Part shown: one piece after another, positions 1-20,490 of the stretch
Numbering within the stretch: position 1 is the first letter of the stretch
How the letters are laid out: each line of letters opens with the position of its first letter
From: Salpingoeca rosetta
Lineage: Eukaryota; Protista; Choanoflagellata
NCBI GenBank assembly: GCA_033442325.1
Contig: JAWQFM010000036.1
Location: forward strand, 537,817 to 601,816
DNA length: 64,000 nt
Direction of reading: 5' to 3'
The notes under the pieces: model-generated
Database searches by the model: none
What the model saw: the letters and a program-made list of their open reading frames with translations, nothing else
What the model was told of the DNA's origin: nothing
Position numbers and translations under genes: made by a program

Positions 1-2514
1 GGCGCTCAGCAGCGCACGTGCAAACAAACGCGAGCGCCCCTGCTGTGAGCACAGCGCGTCTGAGAACGGGATGCGCGTGTTGCTGATGTCAAGCGTGTCC
101 ACGTTGAGGGTGTTGAGTGTGGCGAGCTGTTTAGAGTGCGAGACGTTTAGGTACGTAACGTCAGTGCTGATATTCACAGAGCCAAGCTGTGTGTTCTCTT
201 CCAGATGCACGGCGTTGAAGGTTCGGGAAGGAAGCTCAAACTCGCGAATCGCTGTGCGGGTGAGGTAAAACTCTTGCACGCTGTCCGCAAGGTTGTTTGC
301 TAAGATGCTTGCAAGCAACTCCGGGTCGTCCATGCCTGGCCAGCCAATGCCAAAGCTCTCCAGGGTTGTGTTGGCAAAGGGCGTGAGGTCGGTCACCACG
401 AGGTTTCGAACGTCCAGTGTGTCCACGTTGCGCAGACTCTGTTGGACAGACTCATCGGCGGAGGAAAAGACCAGTTTTGGCGTGTGTTGCTGCGGGGTGG
501 CTGCAATTTGCAGCGCGGTCAGGGTTGTCAGATGCAGGATGTCGTCCAGATTGAACCCAGGTAGGTGGTGCCCGTTGATGTTGAGCACCTCGAGTCTGCG
601 CAAGCTCGAGAGGCCGTGCAGCGATTCGAGCGGGTTGCCGGCCAAGTACAACAGGGTGAGGTCTGGCATGGATGACACGTTCAGGGTGGTGATGGCATTG
701 CCAGGCACATGCAGCTGAGTGAGCTTGGTGGCGTTGTGCTGAAAGTGGGGCGGCAGCGCCGTGATTCGGTTGCCTGCCATGCTGAGCTCCTCCAGCACAG
801 CGGAGTCTGCCAGAAACGTGTGTGGCAGGGATGTAATCTGGTTTCGGTCCAAGTCGATGTCCACAAGGGAGTGCAGCCCACGAAATGTGCCCACCACCAC
901 CTCCTTGAGACGATTCACCTGGAGCGCAAGGTATTTGAGGTTGGTCAGGTCCACAAATGTGTTTGGTTGGAGGGTTTCAATTTTGTTGTTGTGCAGTGTG
1001 AGGTTCACGAGTGCAGAAAGGCCAGCGAAGATGCGAGGAGGGAGGGCTGTCAGTTCACAGCTGTGAATCTTGAGCTCATGCAACGCTGTGGTTGTTTTGA
1101 ACAGCTGTTCCGGCAAGGTTTGGAGGGAGGTGCCATGTAGAAGCAGCGTGTGCAGTGCAGTCTGGGCTGCAAACACGCTGTCAGGCAATTTCGTAAATGC
1201 ATTGTCGTGAAGGTGAAGGGTTTGCAAGGCGGTCAGCACCTCAAATGTGCTGCTTGCAAGCACGGTTAAAGCGTTGCCATCCAGCTGCAGGTCAGTGAGA
1301 GCACTCAGGGCAGAAAACGCCGTCTCATCGATGTGTGTGAGCCCGGCACTGGTGAGGTCAAGCGTTGTCAGCTTCGTCGTGCTCGCAAACGCGTTGGCGG
1401 GCAGGGACGCAAGCGGGTTGTTGTCTGCCACCAGCACCTCCAGGTTCGGCACGAAGCCCAAGAAGCGTGACAAGCTCGTGACGGCATTGTCGGTGATTGT
1501 CAATCGCTTAATGTTGGGGAATGACTTATCCTCAGGTGCTGTGAGGGTGGTTGTCGTCCCGCCAATCAGCGCCAATTCCGTCAGAGATCCCATGGTGTTC
1601 GTAATGGCTTCCAAAGACACTTCTGACTGTGGGAGCCCGTGAACCGTGAGTGACACGACGTTGTTCCACCAGCTGTCACCAGCCGGGGCGAGAATGCAAG
1701 CGAGGTGTTCCGCGGTGACGCCGTCTCGTAAGACAATACCCACAGTTCTGTCGCGAAGTGCCGCACAGTCCGAGTCAGGTGCACAATTCCCAAGCCTGTG
1801 TGTATTACAGCGCTGGTTGGCGATGATATCCAAGATAAAAGTTCCATCATCTGGCACGTTGCATGAGTGGCCAAGCACCCCGCCCATTCCACATCTGACA
1901 ACTGGTGTTGACCCTCGGTCTCTCCGCTGTCTCATTGACCGTTGTTGTAGCTGGTGCTGGTGCTGCTGCTGGTTGTTGCGTTGGTGTTTGTCGGTGGCTT
2001 CGTGTGCGGTCCTCGTCACGGCGTCGCCGTTGTTGGTGTGTACGCCGCGCGAGTGAGTGGGTGCTTGCCTTTGCGGTGTTTGAGGCAAGTGACAGGAGTG
2101 CGCCATGAGCGCACGAAGAGGCTGCAGTCTGGGGTCTTCTATGCGCTGGCTGCCTTGATTGTCCGCTCCTTTATTGCTTCGATCACCGGCATCACCATAG
2201 CGCACCAGTGTGGCCAGATCTGCTTCGATCGATGCCAGTGATGCGTGTGCTGCGGCACAGAGTTCAAGGGGTGCAGTGCGCGACCCCAGGTTGGCCGGGG
2301 AAGGGGGAGGCAGAGGGTCTGTGAATTGGTTCTCCTCATCGGATGGACTGGAAGCGTCGGTGGTGTTTGTGGTTGTGGAACGAGGAGGACGCAGCGCACT
2401 GCCACCCTCTGCTCCGAGACAAGAACAAGGGCACGCCACTACGACCACCGCCACCAACAGCGCCACTGCCCAGCATGTCGGCGAGCTGGACAAGGGAGCA
2501 CGCTGCGACGGCAT
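1..2514 (-). CDS. Secreted/receptor-type leucine-rich repeat protein, 3' end outside the window (probably an LRR receptor ectodomain)
   Basis: Minus-strand frame from ATG 2514 running off base 1, absent from the ORF track. MPSQRAPLSSSPTCWAVALLVAVVVVACPCSCLG (signal peptide), a Cys-rich cap, then many 24-aa LRRs, e.g. LTDLQLDGNAFTVLASSTF, LVNLTLHNNKIETLQPNTF, LVDIDLDRNQITSLPHTF. Confidence 0.9.
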   Translation of the reverse strand, partial: MPSQRAPLSSSPTCWAVALLVAVVVVACPCSCLGAEGGSALRPPRSTTTNTTDASSPSDEENQFTDPLPPPSPANLGSRTAPLELCAAAHASLASIEADLATLVRYGDAGDRSNKGADNQGSQRIEDPRLQPLRALMAHSCHLPQTPQRQAPTHSRGVHTNNGDAVTRTAHEATDKHQRNNQQQHQHQLQQRSMRQRRDRGSTPVVRCGMGGVLGHSCNVPDDGTFILDIIANQRCNTHRLGNCAPDSDCAALRDRTVGIVLRDGVTAEHLACILAPAGDSWWNNVVSLTVHGLPQSEVSLEAITNTMGSLTELALIGGTTTTLTAPEDKSFPNIKRLTITDNAVTSLSRFLGFVPNLEVLVADNNPLASLPANAFASTTKLTTLDLTSAGLTHIDETAFSALSALTDLQLDGNALTVLASSTFEVLTALQTLHLHDNAFTKLPDSVFAAQTALHTLLLHGTSLQTLPEQLFKTTTALHELKIHSCELTALPPRIFAGLSALVNLTLHNNKIETLQPNTFVDLTNLKYLALQVNRLKEVVVGTFRGLHSLVDIDLDRNQITSLPHTFLADSAVLEELSMAGNRITALPPHFQHNATKLTQLHVPGNAITTLNVSSMPDLTLLYLAGNPLESLHGLSSLRRLEVLNINGHHLPGFNLDDILHLTTLTALQIAATPQQHTPKLVFSSADESVQQSLRNVDTLDVRNLVVTDLTPFANTTLESFGIGWPGMDDPELLASILANNLADSVQEFYLTRTAIREFELPSRTFNAVHLEENTQLGSVNISTDVTYLNVSHSKQLATLNTLNVDTLDISNTRIPFSDALCSQQGRSRLFARALLSA

Positions 2515-3076
2515 GGCAAGCTACGTGTGTCGGTTGGTGGTTTGGTGAGGGAGGGAGGTTGAGCGGATGGGAGGATAGGAGGATGGGGAGGGTTGAGGCT
2601 TTGAGCTTGAGGGAGAAAAGAGAGAAGGCGAGCGACGGGGTTGCGGAGTAAGTGAAGAAGGGCAAGAGCAGCACACGCGCCACACGACTTGCTTGGTCTT
2701 TGTTCTGCACGCTTGCTCGTTGTGTGCGGCCTGCATGTTGTTCTTTGTTCTCCGCCCAGACAAAGAAGGGGAAGTGCGTGGAAGTGTGGAAGTGAGGAAG
2801 TGTGTGCCTGCATGCTTGCAAGGTTGTCCCACACGACTTGTGGCGGGGAAATTTCTTGTGGAAAAGTTGTTGTTGTTCCTGGTGCTGCTGCTGTTGTTGT
2901 TGTTCGTGCGTGAGACAAGGGTTGCCGTGTCGTGCATCAGTGCATCATGTTGTCTTGTCACATCATACATCGACACCACAGCGCATCCACGCGCCACAGT
3001 CACACGTTGACATGTTTATCGCATGATGATTCAACGAGTCCAAATGCACAGACACACAACACACACACACACATGG

Positions 3077-3118
<42 letters not shown>

Positions 3119-3362
3119 TATGGCAAAGACACACACACACACACAAACACTGGCAAAGACACACACAAAACATACACACGGCGCAAAACCACGACAGCTG
3201 ACCACTATGAAGCAGGATACATTAGGACATCCACATCATCCACACCAACCATCCCCATCACCAACCATCCCCATCACCACTGTCCCTCCCTCGACCCAAG
3301 CCCAAGCAAAAGCGCCAGCGTAACTGCCACCCCTATTGCTGTGTCAGCGTTTGATATCGTTT

Positions 3363-4115
3363 TCAGCTGAGCTTGCTCGCTTGGAGGTCACGGGCCAGCT
3401 GTGTCACCCCATTCTTGGCTGTGTTGCTCGAGACACCACCATCATCATCACCATCAGCAGTGCTGTGTCCTGTCCTGTCTGCAGCTGCTGCCATGGGCGC
3501 TCCGTGGCGTGGAGCGTGTCGTTGAGGGTCCTCCTCCTCCTCCTCCTCCTGCTGCTGCTGCTGTTGATGTGAAGGGGTTGGTGCGTCACCAGTATTTCCA
3601 TTGGTCCAGTCTCTTGCATCTGCACTGTCGTCCTTTGAGTCTGCACTGCGGTCTCCAGTTCTCTGCGTTGCATCATCACCATCACCATCCTCACCAAGAC
3701 CAACATCATCCTCACCAAGACCAACATCATCCTCACCAAGACCAACAACATCATCATCATCATCGTCATCGTCGTCGTCGTCCGCAAGGCTGAGCTCCGT
3801 GCCGCCGTTCATGAGCGTCGTGGCGGCGGTTGTGTTGGCGCTGTCGGCGGTGTTGTGCTGCTGCAACTGTGCACCCACCTCCTTCAGCTCGTTCTCGGCA
3901 ACAACGGATATGGCCTCGCTCATGGCAGCGTCAAACGCGAACGGCTGCTGCGCCGCTCGTGCCTGTTGCTGCGCATCGCTCTGCATCATCTGCGACACAG
4001 ATGACACCGCAGTCTATTGCGCCGATGGGTTGTTGCGGGGGGCGGGGGGCGGGTTGTGATTGCGGTGCGTGCGTGTATGAGTAAGTGCGTGTGCGGCGTG
4101 CGTGAGTGTGAGCGT

Positions 4116-4203
<88 letters not shown>

Positions 4204-4624
4204 AAGGAAGACGAAGCGGTGCACGTTCAAAGGAAAGAACTGGCGAACGGTATCATGCTTAGAGGTACGCCTACACATGCCATCAATCATACACCCACAC
4301 GCACACACCCACAGACACATCCACACACAGACACACACACACTACGCACCTGCAGCTCGGTCCATTGTTGGCGGGTGGCAAAGAGCTGATCAGCGAGACG
4401 TTGCCGTTCCGTCTCACTCGCTCGCAGCTGTGAACGGCAAGATGGGCACACATGTTCGGGTTAGGATGGCGAAGCGTTGGGGGGGGGGGTGTTGACGGGG
4501 TTGTGGTAGTCAGAGCGAAAGCAAAGGGGCAACGTGAGGTGGAAGTGAAACACAAGTGCGTGTGCGTGTGTGTATGTGTGTGTGTATGTGTGAGTGAGTG
4601 TGTGAGTGAGTGAGTGAGAGAGAG

Positions 4625-4688
<64 letters not shown>

Positions 4689-4963
4689 TGTGTGTGTGTG
4701 TGTGTGTGTGTGGAGGTTCATAAGCAAAAGCAGGAGCAAAAGCAGGAGCACAAACGGGGGTGAGCTGCCAAGTCAACAGCACGGATGAGAAACACACACA
4801 CACATCGTTTGTGACACAACAACAACAAGTGCCCAATCTCCCGTGATCATCCACAAGCACACACCTGTGATTTGAGCTGGTCCACGCTCTGTGATAGTTG
4901 TAATACGAGGGTGATGAGCTTCTCCCGCGGCAACGCGGCAACACGGTCTGCTGTGCTTGACAT
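3363..4963 (-). CDS. Hypothetical protein with N-terminal coiled coil and acidic low-complexity tail (3 exons: 4963-4865, 4427-4350, 4013-3363)
   Basis: Phase-0 GT-AG junctions give MSSTADRVAALPREKLITLVLQLSQSVDQLKSQ|LRASETERQRLADQLFATRQQWTELQ|TAVSSVSQMMQSD...LQASKLS*. Alternative in-frame ATG at 5011. Contains a 21-nt tandem repeat encoding VGLGEDD x3. Confidence 0.7.
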
Positions 4964-5060
4964 GGCCCTTGCGCTTGCGCTATCTGGGGTGTCGTGGCCT
5001 GTTACGCGCATGGCAGGTGTTGTCAGGGCGAGAGAAAGTGCGGCAGCAACGACAGCAATG

Positions 5061-5107
<47 letters not shown>

Positions 5108-5733
5108 TGTATGCGTGTTCGTGTTCGTGTGCGTGTGTGGATACGAAGCGGGAGGAACCGCGCAATCACGTGTGCCGGTGCGAGTCGTGAAGGATGTGAG
5201 ATGCGTCTGGAACAATGGTGCGACAACGTGCATAGCCAAATGCGCTTGATCATGTCCACGTGCATGACTCCCCACACACGCACATGAAGGAGAAGTAGTA
5301 TACACCCAAACCCACTCATGTGCACCCATAGCATCGTCTCATACACGAACGGGCATCGGCCCACGCACAACGCACAACGCACAACGCACGCGATCGCAAT
5401 TCACATCACCACCACCACCACGCCATCACCGCCACCATCATATCCGTCCTTCACCTTCTTCTTCGTGATTGTTCGCCTGGATTGTAGAAAAGTGGCGAAA
5501 TCATCCATATTTTTCAGCAACAAGGGCTGTGTGTGTGTGTGTGTGTCTTCCTCACAGTCACAGATGTGGGGTTAGTTGTGTATGTCACATACATGTGGCT
5601 GTTTATGTTCAAGGGAAAGGAGCAAAGAACAAGCACACAGACAGAGAAAGACAGAGACAAAACACAGAGAGAAACAGACAGACACAGACACACACACACA
5701 CACGCACACACACACACACACACACACAGGCAC

Positions 5734-5764
<31 letters not shown>

Positions 5765-5769
5765 CACAC

Positions 5770-5836
<67 letters not shown>

Positions 5837-5924
5837 CGCACACAAGCACACACACACACGCACACAAGCACACTGCCACGAATGAAACAATCATGCAACG
5901 GTTATTGGGACAGGACGGGAGTGA

Positions 5925-6110
5925 TCAGGGTGCAGCACCGCCGAGCTGTGGAAACACAAAGAGCAACAACACACGCACATGGGATGATGGTGAACAGCGC
6001 GTTGAGGCACTGGGCAAGAGCTGGAGAAGACGAAGAAGAACAACCAAATCCACAAACGTGCCGCTCCTCACCACACACACACACACACACACTCGAATAC
6101 ACACACACAA

Positions 6111-6153
<43 letters not shown>

Positions 6154-6789
6154 CACACACACACACACACACACCTCGATGGTTTCCATCTCCTCTGCGG
6201 AGAGCTGACGATATCGGAGGTGTGCCGGGGTTGTGTCGAGAACGGGGCCCGTGTACTTTGATGACGATGATGAAGAGGAAGATGCCGTTGATGACACGGC
6301 AGATGATGTGCTCGGTGTGTTGGATGCCATTTTGTCAAAGAACTCCCGCGACAGCTTCACCAGCGCTGTGAACACAAAAAGTGGTGACGTGTAAAGTGCA
6401 GGAGTGAGGGCAATGGTGGAACACAGAGGGGGGGGAGGGGCAAGGAAGCGCGAGTGATTCTCGCGTACAGACAGTGTGGTGCGGTTGCCAGGTGGGTTGC
6501 CAAGCAAAGCAGATGGAGTGGTAAGCAGCTTGACAGGCGTGAGGACATGTATTCACATTCACACACAACATGAGATTCACAAACACACGAGGGGCAGACA
6601 CACGGGGTATAGATATAGACACACGGGGTACAGACACACGGGGTACACACACAGAAACACAGACACACGGGTTACAGACACAGACACGCACACACAAGCA
6701 CACACACACAGAAAGACACAGACAGACACGCACACAGAGACACACACACACACACACACACACAGGCACAGGCACACACACAGGCACAG

Positions 6790-6886
<97 letters not shown>

Positions 6887-6975
6887 CACAGCAGCAGCAA
6901 CAGCGTACGTGCGCCGCTGGCGTCCCTGCGTGCGGGAAAGGAGATCATTCTTCTCAGCACAGCAGTCAACTTCAT
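5925..6975 (-). CDS. MRPS36: MRPS36/KGD4-like 2-oxoglutarate dehydrogenase adaptor subunit (exons 6975-6909, 6365-6175, 5945-5925)
   Basis: Spliced product MKLTAVLRRMISFPARRDASGAPLVKLSREFFDKMASN...(Ser-rich linker)...PAHLRYRQLSAEEMETIE|LGGAAP*. Matches the family N-terminal I-x-F-P-x-R and C-terminal R-x-R-x-L-S-x-E-E-x-E-x-I-x-x-G-G-A motifs. Intron phases are consistent. Confidence 0.82.
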
Positions 6976-7496
6976 CTTCGTTGTTGTCGCAGCAAACGGC
7001 AGGTCAGCAGAACATGCAATCGTCCTGGAGATAAGCCGCTAACCTACAACTATGCCAAGAGCGAATTTCAGCGAGCATCTTTTTAAACAATCGGCGGCGC
7101 CAAAACACCAGAGCAAAGGGCGCGCAGCAGCCAAGAAGCAAAACAAGAAGGACAACACCACAGCGCACACACACACCACCACCACCACCACGAACGAACA
7201 GACACACTAGCACAGACGGTCCACGATGCAGTGTGAGAGGCGAGAACCGCAGGGTGTTGTGGACACGTTGCTGTTGCTCAGGAAGCCGGCGATAGCCTCT
7301 CGCCAGCATGAGCAACAGCCACCCTGGTCATCGTCAGCGCGTCGCGCCAGGTTCGCGAAGAACAACACAGACTCATGCATCCAAGTGTGCTGTCGGATCG
7401 CGGTGCTGGTTGCGAACGAGTTTGGTTTTGTTGGTGTTGGTGTGCTGAGGCGAGACTTGTCTTCTTCCTGCCTCCTCTCTTGTCGTCCCCTTGACT

Positions 7497-9587
<2,091 letters not shown>

Positions 9588-9684
9588 CTGCACTCCAACA
9601 CGATGCTTCTCCACACACGCACACACACACACACACACCCCACAACCCAACACACACACAGACACACACACACACACACACACA

Positions 9685-9749
<65 letters not shown>

Positions 9750-10237
9750 ACGCATGTCCATCAGATCGCATCAGTGGTTCATTCGTATTTGTTTCCGTGT
9801 TTGTTTGAAAGCAGTAAAAGATGACCCAATTAACCAAACAGGCCGCGGGAGAAGAACACGATGAATGACATTGCTTGCATGCAAGGAAATGTCATTCAGT
9901 CAGGAAAGATCAGTGCATGCAAGTAAGAACAAAAAATGGAACAGATACACGCAGATGGAGACGATGTGCACGTTTGTCATGCAGTGCGTGCACGCGTTTG
10001 CGGACACGGGTCCCAAATAAGAGCAAATGAGGCAGGACATGGTGTGGTACAGCGTCGCATACGATGGAGGTTCATGACACGGGGGGGGGGGCAGGGGTGG
10101 GAAGAAGGAGGAGGAAAAACAACCAAGCATCAACAATGATGAAGCTTCATTCTTTTCAAACACACACACACACACACAGACGCACGCACATAAACACACA
10201 GACACACACACAGACACACACAATTCCCCCGTGAGTG

Positions 10238-13222
10238 CTACTGGATGCTGCATGCCTTGCTGACTTGGCGTTGCAATGGAGGTGGGTGGTCAGGCAGCGC
10301 TTGCAAATGCCCGCGTGATCGCCGTGGCATTGGCGCTAATTGTGTCGACAGCCGTGACGCCCTCCCTGCGTTGCTGACGTGACTGACGCGGTTCATCTTG
10401 GGTGAGCGCCGGCCGTTGCCTGCAGGCACGTGTGTCGTCGACGTGCGTGGCGAGACGCGTCTCTCGTGCGGGTGGCCTGCGTCTGGTGGCGAAGGGGACC
10501 GTTGCTGCTGCCGTCCGAGCGGCGACGGTGCGCCATCATCGCGCACGCTGCTGATGGATATGGCATCTTCCTCCGACAGGTGGCTCGCCTTGCTGTGCAC
10601 GCGGCGTGGCGCCGGCAGGTCGCTCTCGCCACCAACGCCAGTCAGCCGCGTGTAGATCTGAGGTGTGCAGGGATGGGGAAGATGTAAAGGTGATTTGGTG
10701 AGGGGGGGGGAGGGGTGAGTGTATGAAATAGTGCGTGTGTGTGGTTGTGGTTGTGGTTGTGTGTGTGGTTGTGGTTGTGGTTGTGTGTGTGTGGTTGTGG
10801 TTGTGTGTGTGTGTGTGTGTGTGTGTGTGCTTGCGTGCGTGCGTGTGTGTGTGTGCGTGTTGTGAAGTGTTGATTTGTGCCCTGTGTGTAGGTATGCACG
10901 CAAATGTTGCATGTGCGCCTGCAGCAATCATTCGTACGCTCACACCCACACTCGTGTTTTGCTCGTCCTCTTTCCAAACGCCAGCCCACACTTGCAGGAG
11001 ACTCACGAGCAAGCAGTCAAGAAAATCCAATCCCATCGCCGTGTTCATTCCTTCCTCATCAATGATCGCCTGCGTGTAGATGCAAATGAGGCACATGAGC
11101 ACGATGTTGGATGGGGGCAGGCAGTGGTGGTGGCGCAAGGTGCCAGCAGCAGGGACAGGAGACACACACAGACACACAGACACACACAGACACACACACA
11201 CAGTGTTAGAGCAGTCAGCCCACCTGGATTGCCTCTGTGTCGATGTCTTTGTCGTCAATCACGTTCTTCAGTTCATTCTCATCGATCAGCTGTTGTTTGT
11301 GGTTTGTGGTTTGTGGTTTGTGGTTTGTGGGTTTGTGGTTTGGATATGAGTGGATTGTGTTGTGTATGGTGTGTGTTGTGTGTATGTGTTGATGTGAAGC
11401 GATTGTTGGTGTTAGCGAACGTGAAAAGTAGACCGTATCATGGCAAACACACAACACAGGCACGCAAACACACACAACACAAACACAAACACACACACAC
11501 ACACACAAACACGAACACAAACACGAACACGCACACACACCCAACAGACACAGACACAGACACAGACACAGACACACACATACGCACAGCGGCAACTCAC
11601 CCCTGATGCGTCTGCGTCTGCTTCCACAAACTTGCGCTCGCACTCGAGAACGAACTGGATGGGGAGGGTCGGAAAGTACGATGCAACCAACTCCAGGTCA
11701 ACCGTGTCGTCCTCTTGCTCAACCTCAATATCGGGGCTCAGCTGTGGCGCTCGCTGTCGGTGGTGGTGATGGTGGCGATGATGGTGGTGGTGGTGGTGGG
11801 ATGAGGGGGAATGACGATGCCGGCGGTGGTGGTGACGGCGCGTTCGGTGAATGACGCGAACATTGTTCGAGAATCCAAATATGTGCAACACACATTCACA
11901 CACACACACACATTCACACACACATATATTCACACGCACATATTCACACACACACATTCACACGCACAAATATTCACACACACACATAATCCCCCCCCCC
12001 CCCCCCCCACACACACATTAACCCACACATTTCACACCTCGTGCAGGAATTTCTCTGCGAGCTTTTGTTTCTCCGTCCACTTTGCGCGCTGTGCATTCTC
12101 CTGTGACGGCGACCACGGCAGCACACGTGCAATGGTGAGCAGACGGCATGGAACACATGAACATGAGACGCAACGACGAATGACCAGAATGACGAGACAC
12201 GTGGTTGACAGCAACATGCCATCCTCATTTCTATCACCACAACCACAACCACAACCACAACAATCACCGCCACTGCTAGAACTATCGCCAACACCATCCC
12301 CGCCACCACTACCATAACCATAACCATGACCAGCGCAGCAGCAGAGATGTGCACCTTCTTGTATGGGTCTGCGGGTGCCTTGACCATGGACTGTCGCGGT
12401 TTCCTTGCTCGACTCGCTGCCCTCTTCTTCTTTGCAGCCGCGCGCTTCTGTTAGAGGTACGTGCCGTGTTGGCAGGTGTTAACGTGTGTTGGATGGGTGC
12501 ATATTGCATGATTGGTGTTTGGTGACGCAGACTCGCATGTATGTGCGTGCGTGCGTGCGCGTGCGCGTGCGCGTATGGCGAGCAATGGACGCATCTGCCA
12601 CGCCCTTAGCCTATCCATACACACACAGACACACAGACACACACACACGCGTGCACACATTACCTTTGTGACGGCCTTCTCCTGTGCTTGGTGGAGATCG
12701 TACATCTCCGCCAACATCTTCTGGATGCTCGCGTCTTTGGCCTTGATCATAATCTGTTGCTCATCAGTCTGAAGCAAAAAACAAAAAAAAAGTAATAGAA
12801 CAGTCGCAGTCGCGCGCCGTCGTTTGTGTGAGTGCATCCATGAGCCTTGTTGTGCTTGCAGTAGCCCTTGCATGTGCTTGTGCACGCACGGCATCCCCCC
12901 CCCCCATTCACACATCCACTCTCAATCGCTCCTTCACTTACATGTCCAATTTCTCACGCACGTACACACACACACACACACGCACATGCACGCACAACGA
13001 CACACCTTCTGCTTGAGTGTCTCAATCTCGACCCTTGCATCGCGGAGCTGTGCTTCTAGCGTGGCAATGCGTTCTTGTGCTTGCACCTTGAACACACGGT
13101 ACTGGTTGGCACAACCACGACACCGTCAGTGCGGGCGGCATTGTCATGAAAACAAAGCAGAGGATGCGATGAGTGACTCCAGGTTGTTCGATGCTCGGAA
13201 AAGCAGCACAAGCAAACAAATG

Positions 13223-13309
<87 letters not shown>

Positions 13310-13437
13310 CAACACACACACACACACACACACACANNNNNNNNNNNNNNNNNNNNNNNNNNNNNNNNNNNNNNNNNNNNNNNNNNNNNNNNNNNNNNNN
13401 NNNNNNNNNNNNNNNNNNNNNNNNNNNNNNNNNNNNA

Positions 13438-13516
<79 letters not shown>

Positions 13517-13576
13517 TATACACACCTGGTTGCTGTTGACGCGGGTGAGCGACTTCATTGCCTCGACAGTCGACAT
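10238..13576 (-). CDS. Coiled-coil + EF-hand protein with C-terminal CaaX motif (about 9 exons)
   Basis: Exons: MSTVEAMKSLTRVNSNQ|VQAQERIATLEAQLRDARVEIETLKQK|TDEQQIMIKAKDASIQKMLAEMYDLHQAQEKAVTK|KRAAAKKKR...|ENAQRAKW...|...ERKFVEADADASG|LIDENELKNVI...|AIIDEEGMNTAMGLDFLDCLL|IYTRLTG...SKACSIQ*. The EF-hand loop DADASGLIDENE spans an intron. Confidence 0.8.
13337..13436. other. Assembly gap (100 N) within a CA microsatellite
   Basis: Run of N. Confidence 1.
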
Positions 13577-14084
13577 GATTGGTGGTTGATGTGGGATCGC
13601 TGTGGTTGGATGGGTGTTCGATCAATTGAACAATCAACTCGTTGATGTTGTGGCTTTGCTGTTCACGTCTTTCTCGCTGGTCCGCAGCACCGTTTTATCG
13701 CCTTCAATGGAGCAATACAAAGAAAAGCGGAGCAAGTGTTACCAAGCAGCACGAGCAGCAGCAGCAGTGCCCAAGCAGCAGACTCGCTCCCTTGTGCGTT
13801 CCTCCACCCCCAAACCTTCACGCCACAACAAGCACAGCACGTTGTCACCTTGTTCCCTGTTGCCAACAACATTCCAAAATGCGCGCTGCTGGTTTTTCGT
13901 CCTGCCGGATTCGATGCACCGAATTGCACCGATGTAATTGTGTTACACAACAGCATAAAGCGTAGCAAATGACCGTTGTTGGTAAATTTTTCTTTCCCAG
14001 GTTGTTGTGTTGGGCAAAAGCCAACAACCGCAACTGTCCAAAAGACACACACACACACACACACACACACGCACGCACGAGAAG

Positions 14085-19215
<5,131 letters not shown>

Positions 19216-19629
19216 AACAAGCGGCCATTCTTTGCATGCACTCTCGGTGTGGTGGCAGAGGTGTTTTGCTTGCTTGCCTTCTTGCCTTCTCTTCGTGCCA
19301 GCCGTGCTTGTTGTGCTTGTGGTGTGTGCTCCTCCAACCGCCCAAACGAACCAGCAACACGCGCCAACCACGAGCATGTGCTTGCCGTTGTTTGGGTGAC
19401 ATGAATGCAGCCATCTCGTGCTTCTTGCTTGCTTGCCATTCTCTTTTCCTGCCTCACCTTGTTACTTCACATCACCTTTTGTCTGCACCATCCGTCGTCA
19501 TTTCATCGTCGTCCTCCAGACCAAGCCAAAAGGATAAGCTAGAGACAGTTCCCCAGTGACTCGTTGCTGTTGACAGACCAACACCCACACACACACACAC
19601 ACACACGCACACACGACTCGCAAACAACG

Positions 19630-19864
19630 ATGGCAACCAAGGATACCTCAACCCCACCCTCGGTCCAGGAGGTGTGGCGTGTGTATGTCGTGCTTGTTGT
19701 GGCGTCAATGTGATGTTGCAATCGATGCATGCGCGCGCGTGTTTTCGTGTGCATGTGTGCGTGTGTGGGTGTGTTTGCACGCGCTGCAGCTTGTGTTGCT
19801 TCTTCACCACGTATCTGTTGCTGACGTCCTCCCGTCTCACCCTTTGCACTGCTCCACACAAACA

Positions 19865-19957
<93 letters not shown>

Positions 19958-20433
19958 TTTGTTTGCATCACGACAGGTGCTTGCCAAGGCAGGCAAGCGC
20001 GCTCTTGGCGGCGGTGGCGCCGGCGCTGCAGCCATGGTGCGTGGTTTTGTGTTGCATCGTCTTTGCCATGCCATGCTGGTTGGCCAATCAACTTCAACTT
20101 CTCACTCGTCACCGCTACTCTCCCTTTTGGCTTCGTTCGGTGTCTCCACCATGCACGCACGCAAATTGCAGGTCACTCAAGTGTGCACCCTCATGTGGCT
20201 GCGCACCACAATGAACTACCAGTACGTATCGTGGTAGATTGAGGTGCTTGGTTGGCAAGTTGTGTGTGTGTGTGTGTGTGCGTGTGTGTGTGTGTGTTGC
20301 AGGTTTGCTTTTTCTCACCCTGAGAACACGGTACATGACAACAACAGGTACCGCTATGGCACCAGCACCCCCGCTGCCATCAAGGCGCTTTACAAGCAGG
20401 TGCGGGGCGCGAAACGCAAGTGCCTTTGTTGTG

Positions 20434-20490
<57 letters not shown>

